From Myxococcales bacterium (lineage in GTDB: Bacteria; Myxococcota_A; Polyangia; Palsa-1104; JAEUJZ01): a stretch of DNA of 64,000 nt. Made by a program: the position numbers and the translations under genes. Below, piece by piece: positions 47,555 to 57,945 of this stretch. Each line of letters begins with the position of its first letter. Position 1 is the stretch's first letter. A model generated the notes under the pieces. The model saw only the letters and a program-made list of their open reading frames with translations, ran no database searches and was not told where the DNA came from. The stretch lies in the NCBI GenBank assembly GCA_016794465.1, contig JAEUKA010000024.1, forward strand, positions 7,511-71,510, written 5' to 3'.

Positions 47555-50128
47555 ATGCGAGAAGATCACGGCAAAGATGGACCTGGGCCCGGGGCAAGCT
47601 CGTCGCAGTCATCGACGGATGACGCGCTGGCCGACCTGTCAGCGCTCGCGACGCCGCTGTATGCGGGACGGTACGAGCTGCAAGAGCTGCTCGGGGTCGG
47701 CGCCAGTGGCAGCGTCTATCGGGTGCGCGATGTCGAGCTGGATGAGTTTTTGGCGCTGAAGGTCTTGCGCAAAGAGCTGGTGGGAGACAAGCAGACGATT
47801 GCGCTGTTTCGCAATGAAGTGCGGCTGGCGCGGCGGGTAACCAGTCGCAACGTGGCGCGGGTCTACGACATTGGCGAATATGAGGGCGAAAAGTATCTGA
47901 CGATGGAGCTGATCGAAGGAGAGTCGCTGACTCGCCGGATGACATCCACCGTCGATGGAACACGGCGACCGCTGCCACTACTAGAGATTGCCGAGCTGAT
48001 CGAACAGGTCTGTGCCGGACTCCTCGCTGCGCATCAAAGTGGCGTTGTTCATTGCGATTTAAAGCCAGATAACCTGCTCATTGCCAAAGATGGGCGAGTC
48101 GTCATTACCGATTTTGGGATTGCGCGCGCGCTGCAGCAGAGTGCGCCGGCCAAGCGTGATCCGCGACGGTTTGATGGCACGCCGATGTATGTCGCTCCCG
48201 AGCAAGTGGGCGGAGAGCAGATCGATGCCCGGGCGGATCTGTACTCCCTTGGCGCGGTGATCTATGAGCTGCTGACTGGGAAGCCACCGTTTTCGGGGGA
48301 CTCTCTGCTCGCGATTTTGGCGGCGCGGGTGCTCAGTCCTCCGCCCGATCCGCGCCAGGTCCGTCCCGAGCTGCCAGCGGCGGTTGCAGAGATCGTGCTT
48401 CGCTGTCTGGCGGTACATCCCAAAGAGCGATTCCAGAGCGCAAGCGAGCTAGCCACTGCGCTGCGACAAGCGGTGACAAGTGCCGCCAACGAGCCGACGC
48501 TGAAGCGGTCCGGAAGGAGTCGACAGAGTGACAGAGAAGCGGATGGACAGACTGCTGGTAAGGAGTCCGTAGCCGCACACTCCCAAGTCAGACAGAGTGA
48601 CGTAGGAAGAGCCGCAGAGACTCCGAACGTGGACTCTGTTCAGGGCTATGAATCGGCTCCGGAGTCGACTCCGCTGACAGTGAATGCGAGTCGGACTGTG
48701 GCTGTGATTCCTCTGCTCAATCAGGCTGGTGCAGACGACGAATACTTGGTCTACGGAGTCACACAAGAGCTGATCGATCGGCTGGGTACCCTGCGGACGC
48801 TGCGGGTGTTTGGTCACAGCACGACCGCTTCACCGCAGTTTCGCAACAAAGAGCCTCTGGCCATCGCCAAAGAGCTTGGTGCAGAGCTTGTCCTGACGGG
48901 CTCCCTTTCACGCAGCGGAGATCGACTTCGACTGACGGTGAGCGTGGTTTCGACCAAGGAGCGGAGTCCGCTGTTTTCGGATCAGATCGACTGCTCGCCG
49001 GCCTCTGCGCTCTCGGCTTGTGACACGCTGGTGGCAGCGATTGCGAGAGCCCTGCGGATCGGCCCAACCGGGCAAGACGGACAAGACGGACGGAGCGATC
49101 GAAAAGAGCCGCCGAGCGGAGTCCCAGCAGAGTCCGATACCGTCGAGCTGTATCTGCGTGCGCGCTATCTATATGGTCGCAGCGATGAAGCCAGCTTGAC
49201 CCGCAGTGTGGGTCTGTTTGAGCGTGTGATTGCGCGTGCCCCTGCGGACCCAACGCTGCGGATGAGCTATGCCCTGGCCCTGTCTCGCTTGTGGTTTTAT
49301 GGCGATCCGGGTGCAGCGGAAAAGGCCCTGCCAGCGGCGGAAGCAGTGGTCGCGCAGCTGCCCCTTCACGGAGAGTCCTATCTTGCGCTGGCCGGAGTCC
49401 GCTTTCAGGGTGCCGATCTGCTCGGTGCGGTGCAGGCACTTGCGAAGGCGCTGGCGCTGTCTCCGGATCTTGCGGATGCCCATGAGCTGCTGGGACGAAT
49501 CTTGGTCGAGACAGGACCAATTCGCGACGGACTGATGCGGCTGATTCGCGCACGGAGTCTCGATCCCGGACTGTTCCGTACCCTTGCGGAGCAGGCTCGA
49601 ACGCATGCCCTGCTGGGGGACTTTGAGCGTGCGCACAAGCTGCTGGCCGATCCGGCGCTGGACAGTGGATCGTTTGCGATTCAGTGGATTTTGAGGGGGC
49701 GACTCTGTCTGTGGAATCGGGATCGCAAGCGCGCAGAGGAGTATCTGTCTCATCCAGAGATCACGCAGGGAAAGTATCCACGTGCCAAACTCCTTCTGCA
49801 GGTAGCGGCCGGTCTGCAGCAAATTGATCCGAAGGAAGCACTGAGCGCAGGTCTTGCTTCCGATCGCAGCAGTCCGCGTGGACATACGTTTTTGTTCCAG
49901 ATGCACGCCGAGCTACAGAGTGCCTATGGACAGTATGAACAGGCGGTGCGGAGTGTGGCGCGCAGCGTCGATGCCGGGCTCGCGGATCTGACCTGGATCG
50001 AGCGCTGTCCGCTGCTCCTTCCCATGGCTTCCGATCCACGCATGAGTGCCTTGCGGCGAATTGTCTATGCGCGGGCGTATGCGATTCGCGAAGCGCTGCG
50101 AGCGGTGCCTCCGGTGCTTACGCAATAG
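47555..50128 (+). CDS. Ser/Thr kinase (non-RD: HCDLKPDN) fused to TPR-rich C-terminal domain
   Basis: GVGASGSVYRV, ALKVL, VVHCDLKPDN, DFG, PMYVAPE; C-terminal TPR-like repeats. Confidence 0.8.
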   Translation: MREDHGKDGPGPGASSSQSSTDDALADLSALATPLYAGRYELQELLGVGASGSVYRVRDVELDEFLALKVLRKELVGDKQTIALFRNEVRLARRVTSRNVARVYDIGEYEGEKYLTMELIEGESLTRRMTSTVDGTRRPLPLLEIAELIEQVCAGLLAAHQSGVVHCDLKPDNLLIAKDGRVVITDFGIARALQQSAPAKRDPRRFDGTPMYVAPEQVGGEQIDARADLYSLGAVIYELLTGKPPFSGDSLLAILAARVLSPPPDPRQVRPELPAAVAEIVLRCLAVHPKERFQSASELATALRQAVTSAANEPTLKRSGRSRQSDREADGQTAGKESVAAHSQVRQSDVGRAAETPNVDSVQGYESAPESTPLTVNASRTVAVIPLLNQAGADDEYLVYGVTQELIDRLGTLRTLRVFGHSTTASPQFRNKEPLAIAKELGAELVLTGSLSRSGDRLRLTVSVVSTKERSPLFSDQIDCSPASALSACDTLVAAIARALRIGPTGQDGQDGRSDRKEPPSGVPAESDTVELYLRARYLYGRSDEASLTRSVGLFERVIARAPADPTLRMSYALALSRLWFYGDPGAAEKALPAAEAVVAQLPLHGESYLALAGVRFQGADLLGAVQALAKALALSPDLADAHELLGRILVETGPIRDGLMRLIRARSLDPGLFRTLAEQARTHALLGDFERAHKLLADPALDSGSFAIQWILRGRLCLWNRDRKRAEEYLSHPEITQGKYPRAKLLLQVAAGLQQIDPKEALSAGLASDRSSPRGHTFLFQMHAELQSAYGQYEQAVRSVARSVDAGLADLTWIERCPLLLPMASDPRMSALRRIVYARAYAIREALRAVPPVLTQ

Positions 50129-50147
50129 GCTCAGAATAGGAGTCCTT

Positions 50148-50573
50148 TTGACACGCGCAGCTGATCGCAAATCGGACAGACTCTGGTTCCTTTTGCCATT
50201 CCTATTGGGCTGTGGAGTCTCATCCGGGGGCGGCTGGAAGGGCGCTCCTGATCGCTCCCAAGTGGCCTGTGGCGACAAGCTCTGTCCCGTCGGTCAGACC
50301 TGTCTTGGCGCCTGTTACGGAGTCCCTCCCGAAACCCTGTACTGTGTCGCTCCTCTCGCGGATTCTAGCTGTCCCTTGGGGTCCATGCGCGCCAGGTGCC
50401 GAGGCAGTGGTGGACAGGAAACCCTCGGCTGCCGTCCAGTCGGAAGCTGCGTTCCTGTTCACGATGACTGCTCGACCACCGAGCCAAGCTGCGGCTGCTT
50501 TGACCAGAGTCCGTGTGTCTCGGGCTCCTGCCACGATGAAGCGGGCCGATACGCCTGTCCGCCCTGCGCCTAG
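50148..50573 (+). CDS. Small Cys-rich lipoprotein (LLGC lipobox, ~16 Cys)
   Basis: TTG start with AGGAG RBS; signal peptide LWFLLPFLLGCGVSSGG. Confidence 0.45.
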   Translation: MTRAADRKSDRLWFLLPFLLGCGVSSGGGWKGAPDRSQVACGDKLCPVGQTCLGACYGVPPETLYCVAPLADSSCPLGSMRARCRGSGGQETLGCRPVGSCVPVHDDCSTTEPSCGCFDQSPCVSGSCHDEAGRYACPPCA

Positions 50574-51832
50574 CACGACTCGATCACTTCACCTTCGCGA
50601 CCCCCGGGATGCACCGCATCGAGCGCCGCCAGCAGTCCGCGCGTCGTCTCGACATAGGTCCAGGTCTGCATTCGCTCTGCCGCTGCGACCCCGAGTCTGT
50701 GACGCAGCCCTGCCCCACCGTCTTTGTGACACAGCCGTGTCAGGCAGTCGGTCAGCGCGGACTCGTTACCCGCTGGGAACGTCAGCCCGGTCTGCTCGGG
50801 CAGGACCAAGTCCTCGATGGCACCAACGCGATCCGAGGCAATCACCGGCAGCCCCGCGTGCATCGCTTCGGCAACGACCAGCGCAAACGCCTCACGCTGC
50901 GACGGAACCACCAGCACATCGGCGGCGGCATACAGTTCAGGCAGCTCACTCTGGTTGCGAAAACCAAGGAAGTGGACCTCTGGAATCGCGTCGCGCGCCA
51001 CCTGCGACTGCAATTCCGACCGCAGCGCCCCGTCGCCACACAGGAGCAGCGCCGCCTCCGTTCCCTGCCGACGCAGCCGCGCATACGCACCGACGAGCAG
51101 CCCCGGCGCTTTGACCGGACTGAGCTTGCCGCAAAATAGGACAAGTGGCCGATCATCGGTGATGCCCAGCTCCCGTCGCAGCCGCTGCCGAGCCAGCTGG
51201 ACGAGAGGCCCTGGCAACCGAAAGCGCTGCGCATCCACGGCATAGGGCGCCGCAAAGATCCGCGACTCCGGCACGCCATAGTGACGTAGCAAGCGCCGAT
51301 TGCCCGTCGACACCGCCAGCGCTGCCGCACATGCCCCCACATAGCGCCGCAGCAGCCCGGTCTTGGCCCACAGCCGCAGCTGGGCCAGCCCTCGCGCCTT
51401 GGACTCAACCGCCTCCGCATCGAGATAGCGCACCGAGTCGCCTCGCAGGATCACCGGCAGCCCCGCCGCCCGCGCCGCCAGCAGCGCCAGCGGATAGAGC
51501 GCATAGTTCCAGCCCAAGATCATCACCGCATCAAACTGGGCGCGACGGAGCAGCTGAAACACTTGCAGGCTCGCCACCCCGGCAAAGCGATCGAGCCCCG
51601 GCGCCGGCGAGTGACTTTGCAGCTCGACAAAGCGATGACCCGCCAGCAGATCGATGTCCCAGCGCACCACCTGACCAAAGTCGCGATCCTGCGCCGCCTG
51701 CCGCTGCCCCAAAAGCGAGCCATACAGCACCGTCACATCGAGGCGCGGCTCCTGCGAAAGCTGCGCAAACCACGGCGACAGATACTGAATTGGGTGGGAA
51801 CAGACGATGGCGACGCGGTGCCGAGGCGGCAT
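50570..51832 (-). CDS. Glycosyltransferase family 4 (GT-B)
   Basis: EAFALVVAEAMHAGLPVIASDRVGA motif. Confidence 0.75.
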   Translation of the reverse strand: MPPRHRVAIVCSHPIQYLSPWFAQLSQEPRLDVTVLYGSLLGQRQAAQDRDFGQVVRWDIDLLAGHRFVELQSHSPAPGLDRFAGVASLQVFQLLRRAQFDAVMILGWNYALYPLALLAARAAGLPVILRGDSVRYLDAEAVESKARGLAQLRLWAKTGLLRRYVGACAAALAVSTGNRRLLRHYGVPESRIFAAPYAVDAQRFRLPGPLVQLARQRLRRELGITDDRPLVLFCGKLSPVKAPGLLVGAYARLRRQGTEAALLLCGDGALRSELQSQVARDAIPEVHFLGFRNQSELPELYAAADVLVVPSQREAFALVVAEAMHAGLPVIASDRVGAIEDLVLPEQTGLTFPAGNESALTDCLTRLCHKDGGAGLRHRLGVAAAERMQTWTYVETTRGLLAALDAVHPGGREGEVIESC

Positions 51833-51841
51833 CGCCGCACC

Positions 51842-53230
51842 CTACATGAGCCCGCGCAGCAGCGTAAAGCCGACCGAATAGATGAGGAACAGCAGCATCG
51901 GGTAAAACAGAAACGGCGACAGCTTCGGAAAGCGCTCGATGAAGCCGGTGACCTCGCGCGTCATGCGCTTGGCCAGCGTCGCCGGACACCGCACCGCACA
52001 GCGCCCGTCGATCAGCCGCTGCAGCTCGCCGATCATCTCGATGACGCTCTGGAAGCGCTGGTTGGGATCTTTGTGCAGTCCTTTGGCGACGAAGTGCAGC
52101 AGCTCCGAGCGTGGCACCGGATGCTTGGGATGCCGCAAAAAGATGAGCTGCCAGTAGGTAAACGGCTCGCAGCCAATCGCCATGATCAGCCCTTGCAGCG
52201 ACGTGACTTCGGACAGGTAGTGCCGCAGCGCCAGCAGCTCATGCAGGAGCACCGCCGCGCTGTAGATGTCACTGCGCTCGTCGATCTGGTCGTTTCTTCC
52301 CATCGCCTGCTCGGGCGACATGTAGGCGGGCGTGCCAATCAGCTGGTCGTTGCGCGTCTGAAACAGCCGTGACTGCGCGTCCGGCTTCACCGGCTGGCTC
52401 GGCTGCTCGGGAAGCTTCTCGTTCCCCCGAACCTGCTTGGCGACGCCAAAGTCCATCAGCACCACCTCGCCATACCGCCCGACCATCACATTGGCCGGCT
52501 TGATGTCGCGGTGAACAATTCCCTGGTCGTGGGCGTACTGGAGCGCGCGCAGCAGGCCCATGAAAATTTCGAGCCGGACATCGACGGGATAGCGCTGGTG
52601 GTAGTACGGATCGCCCTCGGCCAGCTTGGTGATGATGTTCTCGAGCGTCTCGCCGTCGACGTACTTCATCACGAAGTAGTAGTTGCCGTTCTCGTCGAGC
52701 CCCACGTCGTGAATCGGCACGATGTTGGGATGCTCGAGCTGTCCGACGGTGCGGACCTCGCTGATAAAGCGCAGCAGGCTCGACTGATCCGCCGTTGGGG
52801 GACGATACAGCCGCTTGAGCGCGACGATGCGACCGATGTCGTTGTCGCGAACCAAGCTGACCTCGCCCATGCCGCCCTTGCCAAGGTCTTTGATCTTTTC
52901 GTACCGAGCATTCGAGCGACGCACCAGCTCGACCTGCTCACCGCGAATCTCGACCAGCGGCAGCACCGTGATCTCGCGCCGAACTTCCCTGGAAGTCGAC
53001 ACCAAGTCTTGGCCCTTCGCGACGTCGGCGGCACCACGATCGGTATCGGCCAAGCCGGCCTGCTCCGCGCCCAGACCCAGATCTCTCACGATCTTGGTTG
53101 GCTCACCCGCGAGCGAGGTAGAGAGGCCGCTCGACGAGACGACCGTCTGCGCGACCGAAAGCGGTGCCATTTGCGTCGGTGTCGCTGAGTTGGCAGGAAC
53201 GACCGGAGGAAACTTACTCATCGCGACCAC
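51842..53230 (-). CDS. Ser/Thr protein kinase with C-terminal TM
   Basis: LGKGGMGEV, ALKRL, HRDIKPANV, DFG, PAYMSPE. Confidence 0.85.
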   Translation of the reverse strand: MVAMSKFPPVVPANSATPTQMAPLSVAQTVVSSSGLSTSLAGEPTKIVRDLGLGAEQAGLADTDRGAADVAKGQDLVSTSREVRREITVLPLVEIRGEQVELVRRSNARYEKIKDLGKGGMGEVSLVRDNDIGRIVALKRLYRPPTADQSSLLRFISEVRTVGQLEHPNIVPIHDVGLDENGNYYFVMKYVDGETLENIITKLAEGDPYYHQRYPVDVRLEIFMGLLRALQYAHDQGIVHRDIKPANVMVGRYGEVVLMDFGVAKQVRGNEKLPEQPSQPVKPDAQSRLFQTRNDQLIGTPAYMSPEQAMGRNDQIDERSDIYSAAVLLHELLALRHYLSEVTSLQGLIMAIGCEPFTYWQLIFLRHPKHPVPRSELLHFVAKGLHKDPNQRFQSVIEMIGELQRLIDGRCAVRCPATLAKRMTREVTGFIERFPKLSPFLFYPMLLFLIYSVGFTLLRGLM

Positions 53231-53446
53231 AGGGAGGAAAGTCCGCCCCCCTCCATCACAAAACGCCAGCAGGCGGCCGCGCCGGTCTGCATCCCGCGCC
53301 GGTCGCAGTCACCGCAGGCCATCATCCCAAGACCGAGTTGGTGCATTTTCTTACTGTACCGTACTCTGCTCCGGGCTGGCGCTTTCCCTCGGGAACGACT
53401 GCGAGGTGCTTGCCCAAACCGCCCTGATTCTTGCAGGCTACAGCTC

Positions 53447-54328
53447 ATGTTAGAGCCTCAGTCTCGGCGGATGTCCCTGTCGACCGGCCTTCGCTACCAT
53501 TTCCTGGAGTGGGGCGGCGACGATCCGACCCTTGATCACACAGTGGTTTTGATCCACGGCTTTCTCGATCTGTCGTGGACGTGGGAGACGGTCGCAGCCG
53601 CAGGACTTGCCGGCAAGTATCATCTTGTGGCGCCCGATCTGCGCGGTCACGGCGACAGCGATCGCGTCGGTGCCGGCGGCTATTACCACTTCATGGATTA
53701 CCTGGCGGATCTCCAAGATCTGATCGATCAAGTCGGGCGCAAGCGCGTCTCGCTGGTCGGTCACTCGATGGGAGGCTCCGTCGCTGCTTACTTCACGGGC
53801 GTCTATCCGACGCGGGTCGCACGCCTGGCGATGCTCGAAGGGCTCGGGCCTCCCGACGGAGAGTGGGCGTCGTGGCCGGATCGCGTCAGCGCCTGGATTG
53901 CCGCCTGGAAGCGGACACGCGAGCGAGGTGGCAGCAAGCGTTACCATTCGCTCGAGGAAGCAGCGGCCCGCCTGCGAATCACCGATCCCAAAATGTCGCT
54001 GGAGCTGGCTCGCCGAATCGCCGAGGTTTCGACAGTGCGCAGCGACGATGGACGCTATCAGTTCAAGCACGACCCGCTGCACCTGACGCCGAGTCCGCAG
54101 CTTTTTATGGTCGATGGCGCGATGGCGCTGTGGCGACGGATTGCTTGTCCGACGCTGCTCGTCGATGCCCAAGAGAGCGAGTTTCGGTACTCACCGGAAG
54201 AAGCACTCCGTCGCCGTTCTGCGTTCGCAAATGCCCGCCACGTCGAGATTGCCGACGCCGGCCACATGATGCAGCGCCATCAGCCGCAGCTTTTGGCCAC
54301 GTTACTCGACGAGTTCTTGCGCCACTAG
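53447..54328 (+). CDS. Alpha/beta-fold hydrolase
   Basis: HGFLD, GHSMGG nucleophile elbow, C-terminal DAGH. Confidence 0.75.
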   Translation: MLEPQSRRMSLSTGLRYHFLEWGGDDPTLDHTVVLIHGFLDLSWTWETVAAAGLAGKYHLVAPDLRGHGDSDRVGAGGYYHFMDYLADLQDLIDQVGRKRVSLVGHSMGGSVAAYFTGVYPTRVARLAMLEGLGPPDGEWASWPDRVSAWIAAWKRTRERGGSKRYHSLEEAAARLRITDPKMSLELARRIAEVSTVRSDDGRYQFKHDPLHLTPSPQLFMVDGAMALWRRIACPTLLVDAQESEFRYSPEEALRRRSAFANARHVEIADAGHMMQRHQPQLLATLLDEFLRH

Positions 54329-54473
54329 CGATCGATGACAGTGGTCCAAAATGCGGCTCCTCGTCGCTACGCGGTTGATTGCAGTTATGCCGCCGTTTTG
54401 TGCGAAGATATTCCAACCTATGCCGTAGCCTAGAAACCTGGGCGAAAACCAAACGCATATAGGACGTGAGCGC

Positions 54474-55085
54474 TTGACCTCCGCAAGCCTGTTTGAAAAG
54501 ACCTGGGATGTTGCCATCAAGCTGTGCCGAGGCGGACAGATCGATGGCCAGCACTTTGTAGTCCGACTCGCCGACGATGCGACCGGCGGCACGCTGCGTT
54601 TTCGGATCTTAACCCGCTCGGGACAGCAGATCTTCGCGCCTCCTCCGGACGACGAAGCAGAGGCTGGCGGGCTGTTTACCGCTGCCCGACGCTTCATCGA
54701 GCTCGAAGAGGCCGAGGCCCGCAGCGTCGAGCCGCCCGAGTTTGTGCCGCTCCAAAAGCGCACCTACAAGGACAGCCTGCGCGAGTGGGGCCTGATGGAT
54801 GCCGAAGGACGCGTGCTCAAAGCCTATGAGTACGATCCCGAGCCGCTCCTCGGATATGTCGTGCGCGTCAACGACGTGTACGCCTATGGCATCGTCAAGC
54901 AGACGGCACTCGCCGAGGGTACGATTACTCCGACGGGAGCCTGCGATAGTCCGGATGAAGCCCGTCGCCGCGCGAGTGAGCTGCTGATGCTCGCACTGGT
55001 CCGAGGAGCCACCGTCATGGGCATGAATGGTGTTCCGGCGGTCATCGACCTCTCCGCCGATCCCGAAGACGACGACGGCCCGTAG
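54474..55085 (+). CDS. Hypothetical protein (203 aa, acidic C-terminus)
   Basis: ORF with TTG start; no recognisable domain. Confidence 0.35.
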   Translation: MTSASLFEKTWDVAIKLCRGGQIDGQHFVVRLADDATGGTLRFRILTRSGQQIFAPPPDDEAEAGGLFTAARRFIELEEAEARSVEPPEFVPLQKRTYKDSLREWGLMDAEGRVLKAYEYDPEPLLGYVVRVNDVYAYGIVKQTALAEGTITPTGACDSPDEARRRASELLMLALVRGATVMGMNGVPAVIDLSADPEDDDGP

Positions 55086-55204
55086 CGGCACGCGCCAGCT
55101 AACATCCCGGATCGGTCCGAGTCTCGTCGAGAAGAAAAATTCCCAACTTTCTCTGTTGACGCGCTATAGGAATCCGACTACTAGATTGCTTCGCACGTCG
55201 CGTT

Positions 55205-55277
55205 GGGGCTGTAGCTCAACTGGTAGAGCGCTTGAATGGCATTCAAGAGGTAACGAGTTCGACCCTCGTCAGCTCCA
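55205..55277 (+). tRNA. tRNA-Ala (anticodon GGC)
   Basis: Cloverleaf folded by hand: G3:U70 Ala identity pair, A73 discriminator, anticodon loop AUGGCAU, TTCGA T-loop; 73 nt, no encoded CCA. Confidence 0.85.
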
Positions 55278-55284
55278 CATCAAA

Positions 55285-55313
55285 CCCCGTCGGTGAAGAC
55301 CGATGGGGTTTTT
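55285..55313 (+). terminator. Rho-independent terminator downstream of tRNA-Ala
   Basis: ccccgtcggt-gaag-accgatgggg stem-loop followed by TTTTT. Confidence 0.7.
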
Positions 55314-55383
55314 GCTTTCTGGGGGGTCGGTTTTGGGCTGTGACCAGCTGTGGACCACTTTTTGTGGACCACAAACGCAACGG

Positions 55384-56496
55384 TCAGGGCGAAGGGGTTG
55401 CTGAGGCTTGCTTGTGCTGGCCCGGTGCGGCAGGTAGCAGGGCGGCAACGGCTCGCTGTTGGTTGGCAGACGCAAGCGACGCGGGCGTGACGTAGTTGGT
55501 CAGCGTGATCGACACTCGCTCATGACCCAGCGCGGCGGCGACTAGGTGAGGGCTGGCCCCAGCGGCTACCGCTGTCGTGGCATGAAAGCCTCGGAGACTG
55601 TGCGCGCATACGATCGGCACTTCGGCCAGCTCACACAACCGCGCCACCTCTTTACGAACCCAACCCCGATCGTGTCTCCGTCCTTTCTTGCTTGGCATGA
55701 GTAGCGCCGTCGGTGCTTTGTCCTTAGCCCGATCCCACAAAAACGGCTGAAGCTGCGCGGGCACTTCGACCGGGCGACGACTTGCCGCTGTCTTTGGCGA
55801 CCAGTCCTCTACCGAATCGACCCATAGGATCGTCCCATCCCGATCCAAGTCGCGCACCGTCCGAGTCACGATCTCGCTCGCCCGCAAACCCATGAGCAGC
55901 GCAAGCAGCACCGACAGCGCACCATCCTCCATCGGGGCAAGCTGCATACACAGCCCGGTCAGTCGCCGGGCTTCGTCGTGGCGTAGCTGCGGTTTTCCCG
56001 TGTTCCGTCGCCCGACACCTTCGATTTTCGTCAGCGGGTTGGTGGTCAGCCGCTTCGTCTTGATGAGCCACTCGCCGAAGGTCCGAGCATCCGCCAGATA
56101 GGCGCGGTGCGTATCGACCGACAGGGGCTTGCCGGTCCGCTCGCTGATTTGCTGGCGCAGCCGTGCATACAGCCCGGCGCAGCGACTTTCCGAAAGCACC
56201 GCAACGGTCTGAGACATCACGGAGACAAAGAAGCGCCGCAGACGAAGCGGCGTGTTGTCGTAGCTGGCCGACTTGTTCCCTTTTTCGATGAGGTACTGCC
56301 GATACTCCGTGATCAGCTCATCGATCGTCGGCGCTTTTGCTCTTTGAAGCTCGACGGCGAGCCGCTGCGCCAGCTTTTCCGCCTGCTTCGGTGTCTCGCC
56401 CATCGGCCCCCAGCGCCGCTGTCCGTCAATGATGAGACGCGATCGGAATTGGCCCGGTCGATGTTCTAGCGGTGCCGTAACACGTATCGAGTCCAT
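55384..56496 (-). CDS. int: Tyrosine-type integrase
   Basis: C-terminal R...HSLRGFHATTA...LGH...ITL..Y catalytic residues. Confidence 0.85.
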   Translation of the reverse strand: MDSIRVTAPLEHRPGQFRSRLIIDGQRRWGPMGETPKQAEKLAQRLAVELQRAKAPTIDELITEYRQYLIEKGNKSASYDNTPLRLRRFFVSVMSQTVAVLSESRCAGLYARLRQQISERTGKPLSVDTHRAYLADARTFGEWLIKTKRLTTNPLTKIEGVGRRNTGKPQLRHDEARRLTGLCMQLAPMEDGALSVLLALLMGLRASEIVTRTVRDLDRDGTILWVDSVEDWSPKTAASRRPVEVPAQLQPFLWDRAKDKAPTALLMPSKKGRRHDRGWVRKEVARLCELAEVPIVCAHSLRGFHATTAVAAGASPHLVAAALGHERVSITLTNYVTPASLASANQQRAVAALLPAAPGQHKQASATPSP

Positions 56497-56504
56497 GATT
56501 CCCC

Positions 56505-57116
56505 CTAAGCAGCCGACGCCAAACCGTACGGCGGCGAAAGCTCACCGGGCTTCGTCGGTAGATCGGTGGTTAGCCCGAGTGCCTGCACTTGCCGCAGTCG
56601 TCGAATGGTCAGCGGGTGCGGTGCGGTGCGTCCGGTTTCGACGTTGCGGACGGTGCCCCATGACAGCTTGGCCAGCGCTGCGACTTCCCATCGGGACAGA
56701 CCGGCTTGCTCTCTGCGATGGCGCAGCACTTCGCCGAAGGTCAGCGACAGATCCGCAGCGGGTTTGCCGTCGGAAACCATCGCCATCATTCGCTGCTTTT
56801 GGTCGAGCGGGAACGACTCCCAACGCATCCCATCGCCAGCCAGCGAGATCTCGACGAGTCCGAACGGCTCATCATGGGGCCATTCCCGCCAAGCTACCGC
56901 GACGAGCAGCACCGTTTCCCGTCTCGCCACAGCCAGCGGCGACCACAGCGGACGGGGGCCGGTCGCAGCCCAGCGCAGGAAGCGTTCCACATAGCGCTCA
57001 CCGGGCTTGTGCAGGTCGAGCAGCGCAGCCGGCTTCGGATGGCCCAATAGCAAGCCCGACGGTGAAAGGGTACGACGACGACGAGAAACACTTGAACTAC
57101 GGACATGGCAAGGCAT
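56505..57116 (-). CDS. HTH (XRE-family) regulator, candidate island repressor
   Basis: C-terminal HTH LSRWEVAALAKLSWGTVRNVETG; divergent from 57105..57857. Confidence 0.55.
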   Translation of the reverse strand: MPCHVRSSSVSRRRRTLSPSGLLLGHPKPAALLDLHKPGERYVERFLRWAATGPRPLWSPLAVARRETVLLVAVAWREWPHDEPFGLVEISLAGDGMRWESFPLDQKQRMMAMVSDGKPAADLSLTFGEVLRHRREQAGLSRWEVAALAKLSWGTVRNVETGRTAPHPLTIRRLRQVQALGLTTDLPTKPGELSPPYGLASAA

Positions 57117-57857
57117 AATCCCTCCGTTCGCGTCGGGCTGGGCTTTGCTAGGGCTTCACAGTCCGGCGCGGGTAAATGGCTCGATTGGCAAAACACCGCC
57201 GACGAGCCTGTTTTGTTTCCGGGTATCGCGACCCGTACCTACTTGTTACCTAATGTTCCCATTGATTGCAATATCACACCACATATCGAGGCGATATTTT
57301 CCCAAGTGGAACGTGAGAGCGTCTGCGTGATACCGGGAAGCGTGGTTCGCGGTCGAAAGAATCCCGACTATCTGGGCTTTCCTTCTCGTCTGAAAAAAGC
57401 GCGCAAGTCTCAGGGTGCAAGCCTGGATACGACGGCGGCCCATCTTTCCGACGGTAAGACGGTCTTTCTACTTGAAGAGCGGCGGCATGTTCCCCGTCTA
57501 GATACCGTCGAAAAGATTGCCCATGCGCTCGGGCTGTCGCCTGCATTCCTGGCATACGGCATCGAAGCGGACGCCAGCCAGCCCACAGCCGGCTTGCGCT
57601 GCGAAGGTGTGGCTTCGCGACTTCGGGAGACTCGCATCCATCGCGGGCTGTCGGTGCTTGCGCTCGCCACGGCTGCGGGGTTGAGCCATACCGCTGTCGG
57701 CAACGTCGAGCGGGGCACCATGCCCAGCATTGCGACTGCCGAAGCGCTCGCGATAGCCCTTGGCGTGTCCCCCGGCTGGCTCGCGTACGGACTCGGGCCG
57801 ATGGAGCTACCAGGGCGGCGACGTGCGGCAGCATCGCCAGCGCCAAGCCACGGCTAG
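57105..57857 (+). CDS. Tandem-HTH (two XRE-like domains) regulator; true start uncertain (possibly internal GTG ~57326)
   Basis: Two HTH_3-like segments (LSDGKTVFLLEERRHVPRLDTVEKIAHALG and GLSHTAVGNVERGTMPSIATAEALAIALG). Confidence 0.5.
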   Translation: MARHNPSVRVGLGFARASQSGAGKWLDWQNTADEPVLFPGIATRTYLLPNVPIDCNITPHIEAIFSQVERESVCVIPGSVVRGRKNPDYLGFPSRLKKARKSQGASLDTTAAHLSDGKTVFLLEERRHVPRLDTVEKIAHALGLSPAFLAYGIEADASQPTAGLRCEGVASRLRETRIHRGLSVLALATAAGLSHTAVGNVERGTMPSIATAEALAIALGVSPGWLAYGLGPMELPGRRRAAASPAPSHG

Positions 57858-57882
57858 ACCGCTCTCCCCCAATCATCGCAGC

Positions 57883-57945
57883 GGCCAACCGGCCAAGTGG
57901 CCAAGTGGCCAAGCGGCCAAGGTCGCGAAGGTTGGCCAGCATCAT
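57883..57945. repeat. Short tandem GGCCAAG/TTGGCC heptamer repeats (4-5 copies) immediately 3' of the ATPase/primase genes; candidate ori iterons
   Basis: cggccaaccggccaagtggccaagtggccaagcggccaaggtcgcgaaggttggcc. Confidence 0.4.
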
